Assembly (NCBI GenBank): GCA_963844385.1
Contig: CAWJOJ010000041.1
Location: forward strand, 71,412-135,411
Length of the DNA: 64,000 nt
DNA from: an uncultured Actinomycetota bacterium
GTDB lineage: Bacteria; Actinomycetota; Actinomycetes; Propionibacteriales; Nocardioidaceae
Direction: 5' to 3'
Shown here one piece after another: positions 34,017-46,389 of the stretch. A program made the position numbers and the translations under genes. Below the pieces are notes generated by a model. It saw only the letters and a list, made by a program, of their open reading frames with translations. It made no database searches and was not told where the DNA came from. Each line of letters starts with the position of its first letter. Position 1 is the first letter of the stretch.

Positions 34017-36155
34017 TCACCGGCCGTACCTCGCCGCTGCGTACCGCGCAATCCGGTCGAGCATGATCCCGAGCGCGGCGATGGCGATGCCGGCCGCGAG
34101 TCCCTTGCCGAAGAGCTGGTCCTGGGAGAATCCGGAGACGACGATGTAGCCGAGGCTGCCCCCTCCGACCATGCCACCGATGACGACCATCGAGAGCACG
34201 TACAGCAGGCCCTGGTTGGTGGCGAGCACGAGGGCCTCGCGCGACATCGGAAGCTGGACTTTCGAGATCATCTGCCAGGTGGTGCTGCCGGTGGAGCGGG
34301 CCGCCTCGACGGTCGTCGGCGACACACCGCGGATGCCGTCGGCGACCAGTTTGGTGGCGATCGGGACCGCGTACGCCACGGCGGCGACGATGGCCGTGAA
34401 GCGACTAGGCGCGAACAGTGCCAGGGCCGGGACGAGGTAGACGAACGGCGGGATCACCTGGAACGCGTCCAGGAACGGCCTGATCACCATGTCGGCGCGC
34501 CGGTTGCGTCCCATCGCGACGCCGAGCACGACCGCGAGCAGCATCACCAGGACGGTGGCGATGAGCGTCATGGCCAGGGTGACCATCGTGTCGTTCCAGA
34601 GGCCGGTCCAGAAGATGACGCCCTCACAGACCAGCGTGACGACGGCTGGGCGCCAGCCGCCCAGCACGTAGGCGATGGCCAGCAGGAGCAGGGCCATCAC
34701 CCACCACGGTGACTGAGACAGGAGGTCCTCGAACGGGTTGATGAACCATTCGGTGATGTTGTTCTTGAGGCCGTTCGTGAACGTGTCGACTCCACCGATG
34801 AACCACTCGGTGAAGTCGTTGATGTACTTCGTCAGCTCAGGCCCGCTGATGTACTTCAGGACCGGGGTCTCGTTGACGTCGGGGAACTCGGCGTACGGGA
34901 GGTCGTAGCGCGACAGCCAGACGAAGAACGCGACCGGAGCCAGCAGCAGCCCTTGAAGCAGCCATAGGCCAGCACGGGTGAGGCGGGGGAGACGCTGGCC
35001 CTTGCCGGCGTCCTCCGTGGCCCACCGAGGCAGACGCTCCAGGACGACGCCCGCCAGCATCACCCCCGGACCGCTCACCGAGCCTACGTCGGTGCGCCCG
35101 CTGGAGCGCTCGCTGGCAGCCGTGGTGGTGCGGTCGAGCATGATCGCCATCAAAACGATCGCGAGGCCGGCAACCGAGGCGGCACCGACGTTCAGGATCT
35201 GGAGCGCGGAGACCACGGGTCCACCCAGGCCGGGTCCGTTGACGAGCGCGGAGATGGTCGCCATCGCGAGTGCGGCCATCATCGCCTGGTTGACGCCGAC
35301 GACGATGGTGCGCCTGGCCATGGGCAGCTGCACCTGTCGCAGCATCTGGCGCTGGGTGAGGCCCAACGACCGGGCGGCCTCGATGGTGGTCGGGGAGACC
35401 GACTTGATGCCGTGTTCGGTGATCCGGACCAGCGGGGGCAGCGCGTAGATGAACGTCAGCACGACTGCCGCGGCCGGGCCGATTCCGAAGAAGAGCGCCA
35501 TCGGCGCGAGGTAGCAGAACGCCGGGACGGTCTGCATCAGGTCCAGGATGGGCGTCATTACCGCGGAGACGGCTTTGTTGCGGGCCATCAGGATCCCGAT
35601 AGGTATCCCGATCACGATGCAGAAGACCACTGCCAGCAACGTGATGATCAGCGTGTCCATGCTGTCCTCCCACAGCCCGAAGACGCCGAACACCAGCATG
35701 GACAGCGTCACCAGGATCGTGGACCTGAGCCCGGCAACCACGTACGTCACCCAGGCCGCGAGGGCGATAACGCCTACCCACCCGAGCTCGGGAACGGGCC
35801 GGGGAAGTGCCGGGATGCTGACCAGCTCCTGCAGGAACTCGACGAACGAGTTGAGGAAGTCGCCGATGCTGCCCAGGACGCCGCCGAAGAACCAGTTGTC
35901 CTGCCCTTCGAGCTGCACCCAGTCGCGGGCCTCGTTGAGGTTCTTGTGGAGCGAGGTCGTGTCCTGGAGCCCAAGGGCCTTGGTGTTCTTGCCCTGCAGG
36001 ACGGCGTACAGGACCAGCCAGATGCCCAGGATGCCCAGGAGCTTCCAGCCGGTATGACGCTTGCGCCCGAGCTCGACGTACGGCTGCTCCTCCTTGGTCG
36101 CCGGACGCTCCGTCGGCGCCGGCGGACCCGAGGGTGGGAGGGTGGCCGTGGTCAT
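34017..36155 (-). CDS. Glycine betaine ABC transporter permease (two fused ProW-like domains)
   Basis: Two copies of the P.LD..Q..P.F.YL and EAARS.G...QM...VQLPM motifs. Confidence 0.9.
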   Translation of the reverse strand: MTTATLPPSGPPAPTERPATKEEQPYVELGRKRHTGWKLLGILGIWLVLYAVLQGKNTKALGLQDTTSLHKNLNEARDWVQLEGQDNWFFGGVLGSIGDFLNSFVEFLQELVSIPALPRPVPELGWVGVIALAAWVTYVVAGLRSTILVTLSMLVFGVFGLWEDSMDTLIITLLAVVFCIVIGIPIGILMARNKAVSAVMTPILDLMQTVPAFCYLAPMALFFGIGPAAAVVLTFIYALPPLVRITEHGIKSVSPTTIEAARSLGLTQRQMLRQVQLPMARRTIVVGVNQAMMAALAMATISALVNGPGLGGPVVSALQILNVGAASVAGLAIVLMAIMLDRTTTAASERSSGRTDVGSVSGPGVMLAGVVLERLPRWATEDAGKGQRLPRLTRAGLWLLQGLLLAPVAFFVWLSRYDLPYAEFPDVNETPVLKYISGPELTKYINDFTEWFIGGVDTFTNGLKNNITEWFINPFEDLLSQSPWWVMALLLLAIAYVLGGWRPAVVTLVCEGVIFWTGLWNDTMVTLAMTLIATVLVMLLAVVLGVAMGRNRRADMVIRPFLDAFQVIPPFVYLVPALALFAPSRFTAIVAAVAYAVPIATKLVADGIRGVSPTTVEAARSTGSTTWQMISKVQLPMSREALVLATNQGLLYVLSMVVIGGMVGGGSLGYIVVSGFSQDQLFGKGLAAGIAIAALGIMLDRIARYAAARYGR

Positions 36156-37219
36156 GACGCGTCTTCCTCCGCAACCACGACGCGAAGGATGTCCTCGTCG
36201 TCGACGACTCCGACCAGCTTGTCCCCGTCGGCCACTCGGCATGGGCCGTGGTGGTCGAGAACGACGCGGGCAGCGTCACGGACGATCTGGCTGGACTGGA
36301 GGATGGGGCCGTCCGTCACCTCGCCGTTGGGCTCGCGCATGACCCACTTCAGCGTCAGCACGTGCGACTTGGGCACCTCGCTGGTGAAGTCCCTGACGTA
36401 GTCGTCGGCGGGTGCGCCGACCACCTCGTCGGGCGTTCCGATCTGGACGATCTCGCCGTCCCGCATGATCAGGATTCGGTCACCGAGCTTGAGCGCCTCG
36501 GCGAGGTCGTGGGTGATGAACACCATTGTCTTGCCGACCTCTTTGTGGAGCCGGATCACCTCGTTCTGCATGTCTCGCCTGATCAGGGGGTCCAGGGCCG
36601 AGAAGGGCTCGTCGAACATCATGACGTCGGGATTCGCAGCCAGTGCCCGCGCGAGCCCGACGCGCTGCTGCATGCCACCCGAGAGCTGGTCGGGGAAGTT
36701 GTTCTCGTAACCAGAGAGGCCGACCAGGTCGACCATCTCCTGGGCCCGGTTGCGACGACCACTTCGGTTCTCGCCACGCACCTCGAGCCCGAATGCGATG
36801 TTGTCGATCACCTTGCGGTGCGGGAGCAACCCGAAGTGCTGGAAGACCATAGACACCTTGCGGCGCCGGGTGTCGAGCAGCGCCTTGTCGGACATGGCCG
36901 TGATGTCCTCGCCATAGAGCTCCACGGTGCCGGCGGTCGGCTCGATGAGCCGGGTGAGCAGCCGGACCAGCGTGGACTTGCCGGACCCGGACAGGCCCAT
37001 GACGACGAACACCTCGCCGGGAGCCACGTCGAAGCCGACGTCGCGGATGCCGACGACGTGCCCGGTCTTCTCCTGCAGCTCCTTGCGGGACAGCTGGGCG
37101 TCGGAGGTGTTGATTATCTTGTCGCCCCGGGGGCCGAAGATCTTCCAGAGTCCCTCGACGTGCAGCGCCGGGGATTCGGTGCTCGTGCTGGCGGTGGGCT
37201 TTTCTATCGAGGTAGTCAT
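36152..37219 (-). CDS. Glycine betaine ABC transporter ATP-binding protein (ProV/OpuAA-like)
   Basis: [40 protein letters not shown] and FITHDLAEA. Confidence 0.94.
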   Translation of the reverse strand: MTTSIEKPTASTSTESPALHVEGLWKIFGPRGDKIINTSDAQLSRKELQEKTGHVVGIRDVGFDVAPGEVFVVMGLSGSGKSTLVRLLTRLIEPTAGTVELYGEDITAMSDKALLDTRRRKVSMVFQHFGLLPHRKVIDNIAFGLEVRGENRSGRRNRAQEMVDLVGLSGYENNFPDQLSGGMQQRVGLARALAANPDVMMFDEPFSALDPLIRRDMQNEVIRLHKEVGKTMVFITHDLAEALKLGDRILIMRDGEIVQIGTPDEVVGAPADDYVRDFTSEVPKSHVLTLKWVMREPNGEVTDGPILQSSQIVRDAARVVLDHHGPCRVADGDKLVGVVDDEDILRVVVAEEDAS

Positions 37220-38916
37220 GCGTTGTCCTCACGGTTGCGGCTGTCCCCGGGCGGGTACAGCGGCGTCCCGTCGCGGTAGCGGTAGTAGGGCACGTCGAGC
37301 GGCGTCAGCGGCGTGTTGCCGAGGATCAGGTCGGCCGCCTTCTCGGCCAGCATCATCACGGGAGCGTAGATGTTTCCGTTGGGCACATAGGGCATCGACG
37401 ACGCGTCGACGACCCGCAGGCCGCCGACGCCGTGCACCCGCATCGACGTGGGGTCGAGCACGGAGTCGTCGTCGACACCCATCCGGGCGGTGCAGGACGG
37501 GTGCAGAGCGGTCTCGGCGTCCTCGGCGACCCAGTCGAGGATCTCCTGGTCGGTCTCGACCGACGGACCCGGGGAGAGCTCGCCGGCGTTGAACGCCGCG
37601 AACGCGGGCTGGTTGAGGATGTCCCGGGCAGCCCGGACCATCTCGATCCACTCGCGGCGGTCGTTCTCGGTCGACAGGTAGTTGAACCGCAGCGCAGGGT
37701 GCTCGTAGGGGTCGCGTGACTTCAGGGTGATGTTCCCGCGTACGTCGGAGTACATCGGGCCGATGTGGACCTGGTAGCCGTGCTCGCCGGCCGGCCGGGA
37801 TCCGTCGTACCGAATGGCGATCGGCAGGAAGTGGAACATCAGGTTCGGGTAGTCGACGAGATCGTTGCTTCGGATGAAGCCGCCGGCCTCGAAGTGGTTG
37901 GACGCGCCCACTCCGCTGCGCAGGAAGAGCCACTCGGCGCCGATCCGCGGCTTGTGCCGGTGCTTGAGCCACGGGCCGATCGAGACCGGTTGCTTGCTGG
38001 CGTACTGGATATAGACCTCGAGGTGGTCCTGCAGGTTGCTGCCCACACCCGGGAGATCCGCCACGACGTCGATCCCGAGGCTCTCGAGGTCCGCCTTCGG
38101 CCCGATGCCGGCAAGCAGCAGGAGCTGTGGCGAGTTGATCGCGCCGCCGCACAGGATGACCTCCGCGGCCTTGACGCGACGGTTCCCGCGACCCGCGCGG
38201 TGGTAGTCGACACCGGTGACCCGGTCGCCCTCGACCACGAGACCGGTCACCATCGCGAGGGTCTCCACGCGGAGGTTCTTCCGTGAGTGCACCGGGTGCA
38301 GGTACGCGCGAGCGGCGCTGAGCCGACGGCCCCTGAAGATGTTGCGGTCGAAGGGGGCGAACCCTTCCTGACGGTAGCCGTTGACGTCGTCGGTCAGCGG
38401 GTGGCCGGCCTGCTGAACCGCCTCGAGGAAGGCGCCGAACAGAGGGCTCGTGGCCGGCCCACGCTCGAGTACGAGTGGTCCGCTGCCACCACGCCACTGA
38501 TCAGCGCCCGCGAGGCAGGTCTCCATCCGTTTGAAGTAGGGCAGGCAGTGGGCGTAGCCCCAGTCCTCCATGCCCTTCTCGGAGGCCCAGCGCTCGAAGT
38601 CCAGTGGGTTTCCCCGCTGGAAGATCATCCCGTTGATGCTGCTCGAGCCACCGAGGATCTTGCCGCGGGCGTGGACTACCCGTCGGTTGTGCATGTACGG
38701 CTCCGGCTCGGACTCGTACTTCCAGTCGTAGAGCCGGTTGCCGATCGGGATCGGTAGCGCCGCAGGCATGTGGATGAAGGGGTCGACCTTGTAGTCCGAC
38801 CGCCCCGCCTCGAGCACGAGCACGCTGGTGTCTGGGTCGGCGCTGAGCCGGTTCGCGAGCGCGCAGCCGGCCGAGCCGCCTCCCACGATCACGAAGTCGT
38901 AGCGGTCTGCGGTCAT
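37216..38916 (-). CDS. betA: Choline dehydrogenase (GMC oxidoreductase)
   Basis: [53 protein letters not shown] and [17 protein letters not shown]. Confidence 0.93.
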   Translation of the reverse strand: MTADRYDFVIVGGGSAGCALANRLSADPDTSVLVLEAGRSDYKVDPFIHMPAALPIPIGNRLYDWKYESEPEPYMHNRRVVHARGKILGGSSSINGMIFQRGNPLDFERWASEKGMEDWGYAHCLPYFKRMETCLAGADQWRGGSGPLVLERGPATSPLFGAFLEAVQQAGHPLTDDVNGYRQEGFAPFDRNIFRGRRLSAARAYLHPVHSRKNLRVETLAMVTGLVVEGDRVTGVDYHRAGRGNRRVKAAEVILCGGAINSPQLLLLAGIGPKADLESLGIDVVADLPGVGSNLQDHLEVYIQYASKQPVSIGPWLKHRHKPRIGAEWLFLRSGVGASNHFEAGGFIRSNDLVDYPNLMFHFLPIAIRYDGSRPAGEHGYQVHIGPMYSDVRGNITLKSRDPYEHPALRFNYLSTENDRREWIEMVRAARDILNQPAFAAFNAGELSPGPSVETDQEILDWVAEDAETALHPSCTARMGVDDDSVLDPTSMRVHGVGGLRVVDASSMPYVPNGNIYAPVMMLAEKAADLILGNTPLTPLDVPYYRYRDGTPLYPPGDSRNREDNA

Positions 38917-38933
38917 CTGCACCCTCACTTCTG

Positions 38934-40521
38934 CTATCCGCCGAGCCCGGTGGTTGCGGAGCCCCCGGTGGTTGAGGAATCCCCGGTGGTTGAGGAATCT
39001 CCGGTGGTTGAGGAAGGCGCGCTAGCGCCTGTCTCGAAACCCTCGAAACCACCACCCTCGAACCAGCCCTGCGGCGCGGGCCGGATGTTGTGCCAGACGT
39101 GCTTGGTCTCGCGGTACTCCTCCAGGCCGACCTGCCCGAGTTCGCGTCCGTTGCCGGACTGCTTGTAGCCGCCCCACTCGGCCTGGGGCACGTAGGGGTG
39201 GTAGTCGTTGATCCAGACGGTGCCCATCCGCAACCGGCCCGCGACCCGCTCGGCCCGCCCGGCGTTCTGCGTCCAGACGGCACCGGCCAGGCCGTAGATG
39301 CTGTCGTTGGCGATCGCCACAGCCTCGTCCTCGGTGGTGAACGTCTCGACCGTGAGCACCGGGCCGAACGACTCGTCCTGGACGACCGACATGCCACTGT
39401 GACAACCGTCGAGGACCGTCGGGAGCAGGAAGAAGCCGTCGGCCAGGGCGGGATCGTCGGGCCTGGTCCCGCCACAACGGAGTACGGCGCCCTCGGCGAC
39501 CCCGCTGGCGACGTACGCCTCCACCTTCTCCAGGTGGGCCTGGGAGATCAGGGCGCCGGTCTCCGCCTTGTCGTCGAACGGGCCGCCGAGGCGGATCCGC
39601 TGCGCCCGGTCGACGATGGCGTCCACGAACTCGTCGTGGATCGACTCCTCGACGACCAGGCGCGCACCGGCGGAGCAGACCTGGCCGGAGTGCAGGAAGA
39701 CCGCGGTCAGCGCCATGTCGAGCGCCGCCTCGCGATCCGCGTCCGCGAAGACGATGTTGGGGTTCTTGCCACCAAGCTCGAGAGCGACCTTCTTCACCGA
39801 GCCTGCGGCGCTGGCCATGATCCGCTTGCCCGTGGCGAGACCGCCCGTGAACGAGACCAGGTCGACGCGCGGGTCCTCCGAGAGCGGTGCCCCCGCTCCG
39901 GGCCCGGCACCGACGACGAGGTTGGCAACGCCGGCCGGCAGGCCGGCCTCCTCGAGCAGCCTCATCAGGTGGATGGCCGTGTGCGGCGTGAGCTCGCTCG
40001 GCTTGAGCACGAAGGTGTTGCCGGCCGCCAGGCAGGGGGCGACCTTCCAGGACACCTGGAGGAGTGGGTAGTTCCAGGGCGTGATCAGGCCGCAGACTCC
40101 GACAGGTTCGTGGACGATCCGGCTCACCACGTCGGGGTTGCCCGTGTCGACCATCCGGCCGGACTCCTCGGCGGCGACGTGGCCGTAGTGGCGGAAGACG
40201 CCGACCACGTCGTCGACGTCGTACTCGCTCTCGACCAGCCGCTTGCCGGTGTCGAGGGACTCTGCCTTGGCGACCAGGCTCTTGTCGCGCATCAGCAGGT
40301 CGGCCACCCGGAGCAGGAGGTCTCCGCGTTCTCGGGCCGACGTCTGGGGCCACGGTCCCCTCGTGGAACGCGCGATGCGCGGCCTCGATCGCTGCGCCGG
40401 TGTCCTCGGGCCCAGCCTCGTCAATCTCGGCGACGAGTGAGCCGTCGGCGGGACATCGGATCTCCCGTCGTCCTCCCGCGCGCGCACCTCGCCAGCCCCC
40501 GTCCACGTAGATCTCGGCCAC
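38934..40521 (-). CDS. betB: Betaine aldehyde dehydrogenase (frameshift near 40355; repeat-derived C-terminal tail)
   Basis: [38 protein letters not shown] and WGGYKQSG; N-terminus in ORF 39022..40521; adjacent to betA. Confidence 0.85.
38947..39041. repeat. Three 18-bp tandem copies of CCGGTGGTTG(A/C)GGA plus a full 41-bp palindromic element
   Basis: Units start at 38947, 38965, 38983 and 39001; the last extends to CCGGTGGTTGAGGAAGGCGCGCTAGCGCCTGTCTCGAAACC. Confidence 0.85.
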
Positions 40522-40545
40522 AGCAGCTCCAATTCCTGGACGTGT

Positions 40546-40625
40546 GTTGCTTATGACGCACCCTATTGCTCAGCGCGCAACGGCGTGTCGCCACCGAGCA
40601 TGCTGCGGCGAGCCCTCCGCGTCAA
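40546..40625 (-). promoter_or_regulatory. betB promoter (TTGACG-17-CATGCT) with tandem operator
   Basis: -35 at 40625-40620 and -10 at 40602-40597; operators GTTGCTTATGACGCACC 40546-40562 and ATTGCTCAGCGCGCAAC 40565-40581. Confidence 0.7.
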
Positions 40626-40660
40626 GGCACGGTCAGGTCACGATGCCCCCAGCAATGGCG

Positions 40661-41434
40661 CTAACGATGCCCCCAGCCGAGCCGTCGCGAAACCTCGATG
40701 GCCGCGTCCACGAGCAGTTCGACAACCTCGTCGATCCGGTCGCCCGTGAGCCTGAACGTCGGCCCGGAGACACTCATCGACGCGATGCCGTCACCGTGTG
40801 CGTTGCGGATCGGCGCGGCGACGGCGGTGAGGCCGATTTCAAGTTCATCGACCGCCACGGCGTAGCCCTGCTCGCGAACCCGCTCGACCTCCTTGCGCAG
40901 CTCGGACCTTTTGGTGATGGTCAGCGACGTGTACGCCGCCAGCGATCCCAGCACCTCCTTGAGCCGTTCGGGCTCGAGGGCACTCAGCAGGACCTTGCCG
41001 TTGCTGGTCGCGTGCAACGGGATGTGCTGGCCGACCCAGTTGTGCGACTGCAGCGCCGACGAGCCGGCCACCTGGTCGAGATAGAAGGCCGACCTGTCCG
41101 AGAGGACCGCGATGTTGACGGTCTCCCCGGTGGCCGCAGCCAGGGCCTTGCAGATCGGCCGGGCTTCCTGGACGACGTCGAGCCGGGCGGTGGTGGCGCC
41201 GGCGAGCCGGAGCAGTCCCACGCCGAGGCGGTAGCGGCCGCGGTCCTCGTTCTGCTCCACGACGCCGTGCGACTCGAGGGTGGCGACGAGGCGGAACGCC
41301 GTACTCTTGTGCACCCCGAGCTCGGTGGCGATCTCGGTGACGCCGGACTCGCCGGTACGGGCCAGGATCTCGAGGATCGTGACCGCTCGATCGACCGACT
41401 GCACCGAAGTTCCGGGTCTCCCGTCGTTGCCCAT
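40661..41434 (-). CDS. IclR-family regulator
   Basis: VQSVDRAVTILE, LGVHKSTAFRL, GETVNIAV, PLHATSNGKVLL and ELEIGLTAVAAPI. Confidence 0.95.
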   Translation of the reverse strand: MGNDGRPGTSVQSVDRAVTILEILARTGESGVTEIATELGVHKSTAFRLVATLESHGVVEQNEDRGRYRLGVGLLRLAGATTARLDVVQEARPICKALAAATGETVNIAVLSDRSAFYLDQVAGSSALQSHNWVGQHIPLHATSNGKVLLSALEPERLKEVLGSLAAYTSLTITKRSELRKEVERVREQGYAVAVDELEIGLTAVAAPIRNAHGDGIASMSVSGPTFRLTGDRIDEVVELLVDAAIEVSRRLGWGHR

Positions 41435-41528
41435 GGCGGAACGCTAGCGCAGATGCTGTTGCGTATCGCAGACTACGAACGCTGATGACGCAACACCGTG
41501 CGTCGCGTTACTACAGGCAGGGACCTCC

Positions 41529-42416
41529 ATGAGCACCGACGACTCCACGAACGCGAGCATCCCGTCGGGGGACTTCGTGCTGACGCTGGTCTGCCCGGAC
41601 CGCCCGGGCATCGTGTACGCCGTGACCGGGTTCCTGGTCCGACACGGCGGCAACATCATCGAGAGCCAGCAGTTCGGCGACCAGCTGACCAAGCGGTTCT
41701 TCATGCGTATCGACTTCGAGGTTGCGTCCAGCGAAATGACCGCGGTAGCCCTCCGCGAGGACTTCGCGGCGGTGGCCGCGGAGTTCGGCATGGTCTTCGA
41801 GCTGTGGGAGAGGAAGGCGCCGTACCGCACCCTGTTGATGGTCTCCAAGCACCTCCACTGCCTCAACGACCTGCTGTTCCGCTGGAGCACCGGTTCCCTG
41901 CAGATCGACATCCCCGCCGTCGTCTCCAACCACCGCGATGCCGAGCCACTGGTCCGGTCCTACGGACTCGACTTCGTGCATCTCCCGGTCACACCCGAGA
42001 CGAAGCCCGCGGCCGAGAAGGAGCTGCTCCGGCTCGTCGAGACGCACGATGTCCACCTCGTCGTACTCGCCCGCTACATGCAGGTCCTGTCGGACGGCCT
42101 GTGTCGCGAGCTGTCCGGCCGGGCGATCAACATCCACCACTCGTTCCTGCCCAGCTTCAAGGGCGCCAAGCCCTACCACCAGGCCTTCGAGCGGGGCGTC
42201 AAGCTGGTCGGGGCCACCGCGCACTACGTGACGGCGGAGCTCGACGAGGGGCCGATCATCGAACAGAGCGTGATCCGGGTCGACCACGGTCACAGCCAGG
42301 ACCAGCTCGTGGCCGCCGGGCGCGACGTCGAGGCACAGGTGCTCTCCCGCGCGGTTCGCTGGCACTCCGAGTCGCGGGTGCTGCTCAACGGCCACCGCAC
42401 CGTCGTCTTCAGCTGA
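41529..42416 (+). CDS. purU: Formyltetrahydrofolate deformylase
   Basis: ACT domain CPDRPGIV; HCLNDLL, VVSNH, LARYMQVLS, INIHHSFLPSFKGAKPYHQA and GATAHYVT..LDEGPIIEQ. Confidence 0.96.
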   Translation: MSTDDSTNASIPSGDFVLTLVCPDRPGIVYAVTGFLVRHGGNIIESQQFGDQLTKRFFMRIDFEVASSEMTAVALREDFAAVAAEFGMVFELWERKAPYRTLLMVSKHLHCLNDLLFRWSTGSLQIDIPAVVSNHRDAEPLVRSYGLDFVHLPVTPETKPAAEKELLRLVETHDVHLVVLARYMQVLSDGLCRELSGRAINIHHSFLPSFKGAKPYHQAFERGVKLVGATAHYVTAELDEGPIIEQSVIRVDHGHSQDQLVAAGRDVEAQVLSRAVRWHSESRVLLNGHRTVVFS

Positions 42417-42428
42417 AGGCCAACCTGT

Positions 42429-43868
42429 TCAGTCGCCGAGCTCGGCCCGGCGGCGCACGACGTACTCCTCCAGTTCGAGACGTACGGCGTCGTCCAGGGG
42501 CGGCTGCTCGAACTCCTCGAGCTTCTTCTGGTAGATCACCCGGGCCCGGTCCGAGGCGTCGTTGCCTCCGTTGCGCATCCACCGCTCGTAGTTCTCCGAC
42601 GACGACAGCAGCGGCCGGTAGAAGCAGGTGCGGAACCGCTCCATGGTGTGCATCGCGCCGAGGAAGTGACCACCGTGGCCGACCTCCTCGTGGGCGCCGA
42701 ACGCCATCGAGTCCTCGTCGATCTCCAGGGGCGTGAACTGCGCGTGCATCATCTGCAGCAGCTCGATGTCGACGATGAACTTCTCGTAGCCGGCGACGAG
42801 CCCGCCCTCCAGCCAGCCGGCCGAGTGCATCACCCAGTTCGCGCCGGCGAGGAACGTCGGCAGCATCGTCATGAGTGCCTCGTAGCCGGCCTGCGCGTCG
42901 GGCACCTGAGAGGAGGTCATGCCGCCACCGGTGCGGAACGGAAGACCGAAGTGACGGGCGATCTGACCTGTGCACAGCAGGCCCATGCCCGACTCGGGCG
43001 TCCCGAACGTCGGTGACCCGGACTGCATGTCGATGTTTGACAGGAACGACCCGAAGATCACTGGTGCCCCGGGACGGATCAGCTGGGAGAGCGCGATGCC
43101 CGACAGCGCCTCGGTGATCTGCTGGACGAGCGCGGCCGGGATGGTCACCGGCGACATCGCGCCCATCAGGATGAACGGCGTGAGTACGACGGGCTGGCCG
43201 GCCTTGGTGTACTCGAACTGCGCCTCGAGCATCCGGTCGTCCCAGCGCAGCGGCGAGTTGCAGTTGATCAGCGAGATCGTGGCCGGCGTCTGCTCGATCG
43301 ACTCGCGGGAGCCGAACAGGATCTCGGTCATGGCGATCGTGTCGCGGGCATTCACGCCCGAGACCACATTGCCCATGTAGACCTTGTCGGTCAGGGTCTG
43401 GAGCGCGTAGATCATGTCGAGGTGCCGGCTGTCGAGCGGCGTGTCGTTGGGCTCGCAGATCACCCCACCGGCGGAGTCGAGCACCGGGAAGGTCTGCGCC
43501 AGCCGGCTGAAGTTGCGGAAGTCGTCCATCGTCGCGTCGCGCCGTACCTCGCCCTCCCGGACGAACGGGGGCCCGTAGACGGCGCCGAACGCCATCGAGT
43601 CACCGCCGATGTGGATGTTGTGCTCGGGGTTGCGGGCCTGGACGTCGAACTCACGCGGTGCCTTCGCGACCTGCTCCAGCACGAAGTCGGGGTCGAGGAA
43701 GACGGTGTTGTCCTCGACCTTCTGGCCGGCCTGGCGGAACAGTTCGAGCGCCCGTTCGTCCATGAACTCCACGCCGATCTCGGTGATCAATCGGCGCCAG
43801 CCCTTGTCGAGCATGGCCATCGCGTCCTGCGAGAGCACTTCATAGCGGGGCATCCGGTTCTGGAACAT
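42429..43868 (-). CDS. Trimethylamine methyltransferase superfamily protein without pyrrolysine (MttB/MtgB-like; probable glycine betaine:corrinoid methyltransferase)
   Basis: EPNDTPLDSRHLD, NCNSPLRWD, GAMSPVT, DMQSGSPTFGTPE, PDAQAGYE, HSAGWLEGGL and GHGGHFLG..HT. No in-frame TAG. Confidence 0.9.
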   Translation of the reverse strand: MFQNRMPRYEVLSQDAMAMLDKGWRRLITEIGVEFMDERALELFRQAGQKVEDNTVFLDPDFVLEQVAKAPREFDVQARNPEHNIHIGGDSMAFGAVYGPPFVREGEVRRDATMDDFRNFSRLAQTFPVLDSAGGVICEPNDTPLDSRHLDMIYALQTLTDKVYMGNVVSGVNARDTIAMTEILFGSRESIEQTPATISLINCNSPLRWDDRMLEAQFEYTKAGQPVVLTPFILMGAMSPVTIPAALVQQITEALSGIALSQLIRPGAPVIFGSFLSNIDMQSGSPTFGTPESGMGLLCTGQIARHFGLPFRTGGGMTSSQVPDAQAGYEALMTMLPTFLAGANWVMHSAGWLEGGLVAGYEKFIVDIELLQMMHAQFTPLEIDEDSMAFGAHEEVGHGGHFLGAMHTMERFRTCFYRPLLSSSENYERWMRNGGNDASDRARVIYQKKLEEFEQPPLDDAVRLELEEYVVRRRAELGD

Positions 43869-43961
43869 CGATCCTCCTGCGCGGCGACTGATCCGGCGAC
43901 TGTGTCGTGGATGGGACTTGACCCCACCTCTGTGGCATCCTAGCCTCATGAATTGGAATTA

Positions 43962-43982
43962 GAGTTCCATATCATGGAACTC
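43962..43982. promoter_or_regulatory. Perfect palindrome, probable operator of the second IclR
   Basis: GAGTTCCAT-ATC-ATGGAACTC in an AT-rich divergent intergenic region. Confidence 0.75.
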
Positions 43983-44013
43983 CAGCGACAAGTGCGAAGG
44001 GCGCAGTGGAGCA

Positions 44014-44841
44014 GTGACCACCACAGACACCGGCAAGCCGGCCAACGGCACCCAGGCGATCGACCGCGCCGCGCTCCTGGTCGCCGCCGTCGTGCGCGCC
44101 GACGAGCCGATGTCGTTCCTCGACCTCCACGACGCGTGCGGGCTGCCGAAGTCGACGACGTCACGCCTGCTCAGCGGCCTGGAGCGCACCGAGCTGGTCG
44201 AGCGCAACGCCTCCGGCTCCTATGTCGCCGGTCCGCTCTTCTGGCTCTACGCGACCCGGCACGACCCGTGGGAGGAGCTGGTCCGCCTGGCCCAGACCCA
44301 CCCTGGAGCGGCTGGGCGAGGAGACCCGCGAGACCGTGAACCTCTCGGTCACCCGCGGCGACCGCGTCGTACAGGTCGCGCAGGTGGACTCGCAGTTCAT
44401 GCTCGGCACCCGCGACTGGACCGAGGTGGACGTGCCCGCGCACTGTTCTGCGCTCGGCAAGATCCTCTTCGCGTACGGCGCCCTGGACGTCCCACCTGGC
44501 CGGCTCGAACAGCTGACCCCGCACACGGTCGACCGCGACGGCCTGTTGGAGCATCTTGCGTCCGTGCAGCGCCACGGGTTCGCCACCACGGTCGACGAGC
44601 TCGAGATCGGCCTGACCGGAGTCGCCGTCCCTGTGCGCGGCGGGCGCGGAGAAGTGATCGCGGCACTGGGCGTCTCGGGCCCCAGTCCGCGTTTGGAACA
44701 TCGGCTCGACGAGGTCGGCCGGCTATTGAACGACCGGGCCGAGCAGCTCTCCCGGCTGCTCCAACGGCGAACACCCGAGGAAGGCGTGGCAGAAATGACC
44801 AACGAAATACTCACTTCGTTCCGTTTCCGCCGGGGGCCCGA

Positions 44842-44845
<4 letters not shown>
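44014..44845 (+). CDS. IclR-family regulator (frameshift near 44298)
   Basis: GTQAIDRAA..GLPKSTTSRLL in ORF 44014; ETVNLSV, PAHCSALGK and ELEIGLTGVAVPV in ORF 44222..44845. Confidence 0.88.
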
Positions 44846-45503
<658 letters not shown>

Positions 45504-45507
<4 letters not shown>

Positions 45508-46389
45508 GGGCCCAGCCGCTGGAGACGGTTCTCCGTTCCGCCACGCAGGAAGTCGTCATCGGGCACAACCGGCGGTTCTGCCTGATCGGCGAGCGGATCA
45601 ACCCGACCGGACGCCGGATCTTCCAGGACCAGTTACGGGCAGGCGACCTGTCCGCGATCGAGCGTGACGTCAAGGCGCAGGTCGAAGGCGGGGCCGACGT
45701 ACTCGACATCAACATGGGCGTCCCGCTGACCGACGAGGCCGACCTCCTGGCCCGGGCGATCACCATGGTTCAGGAGCTGACCGACAAGCCGATCTGCATC
45801 GACTCGTCTGTGGTCGAGGCGCTCGAGGCCGGACTGGCGGCGTACCAGGGACGCGCGCTGGTCAACTCGATCACCGCCGAGGACGAGCGGATGGCGGAGA
45901 TCCTCCCCCTGGTCAAGAAGTACGACGCCGCGGTGATCGCGCTGCCGAACGACGCCGACGAGATCCCGATGGAGGTCGAGAAGCGGGTCGTGCTGACCCG
46001 CAGGATCATCGAGGTGGCGACCAAGGAGTACGGCATCGCGGCCGCCGACATCGTGATCGACCCGCTGGCGATGCCGATCGGCGCCGACCAGGAGATGGTC
46101 AACACGACCATGGAGACGATGCGCCGGATCCGTGACGAGTTCGGCGTCAACATGACCTGCGGCGCCTCCAACGTCTCCTTCGGCATGCCCGCACGGCACG
46201 CGATCGGCGCCGCCTTCCTGCCGATGGCGATGACGGCAGGTCTGACGAGCGCGATCATGGACACCCGCACCCCGCAGATCGTCGACGGCCGTCAAGGCCG
46301 CCGACCTGCTGCTCGGCCACGACGAGTGGGGCGGCGCCTGGATCGCCGCGCACCGGGCGCGGCAGGCTGCCGAGGCTGCGTCCCCGTGA
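45504..46389 (+). CDS. Pterin-binding methyl-THF:corrinoid methyltransferase (AcsE/MtgA-like; frameshift near 46288)
   Basis: IGERINPTGR, GADVLDINMG, PICIDSS, LVNSIT, IDPL and GASNVSFGMP; C-terminus AVKAADLLLGHDEWG in the shifted frame. Confidence 0.9.

Noticed and set aside
42429-43868. Pyrrolysine-containing trimethylamine methyltransferase
   Set aside because: The ORF is open with no in-frame TAG and no pyl genes are present, so it is the non-Pyl type.
43869-44013. Cobalamin riboswitch upstream of B12-dependent genes
   Set aside because: The intergenic region is short and I could not recognise a B12-box or GCCACTG core.
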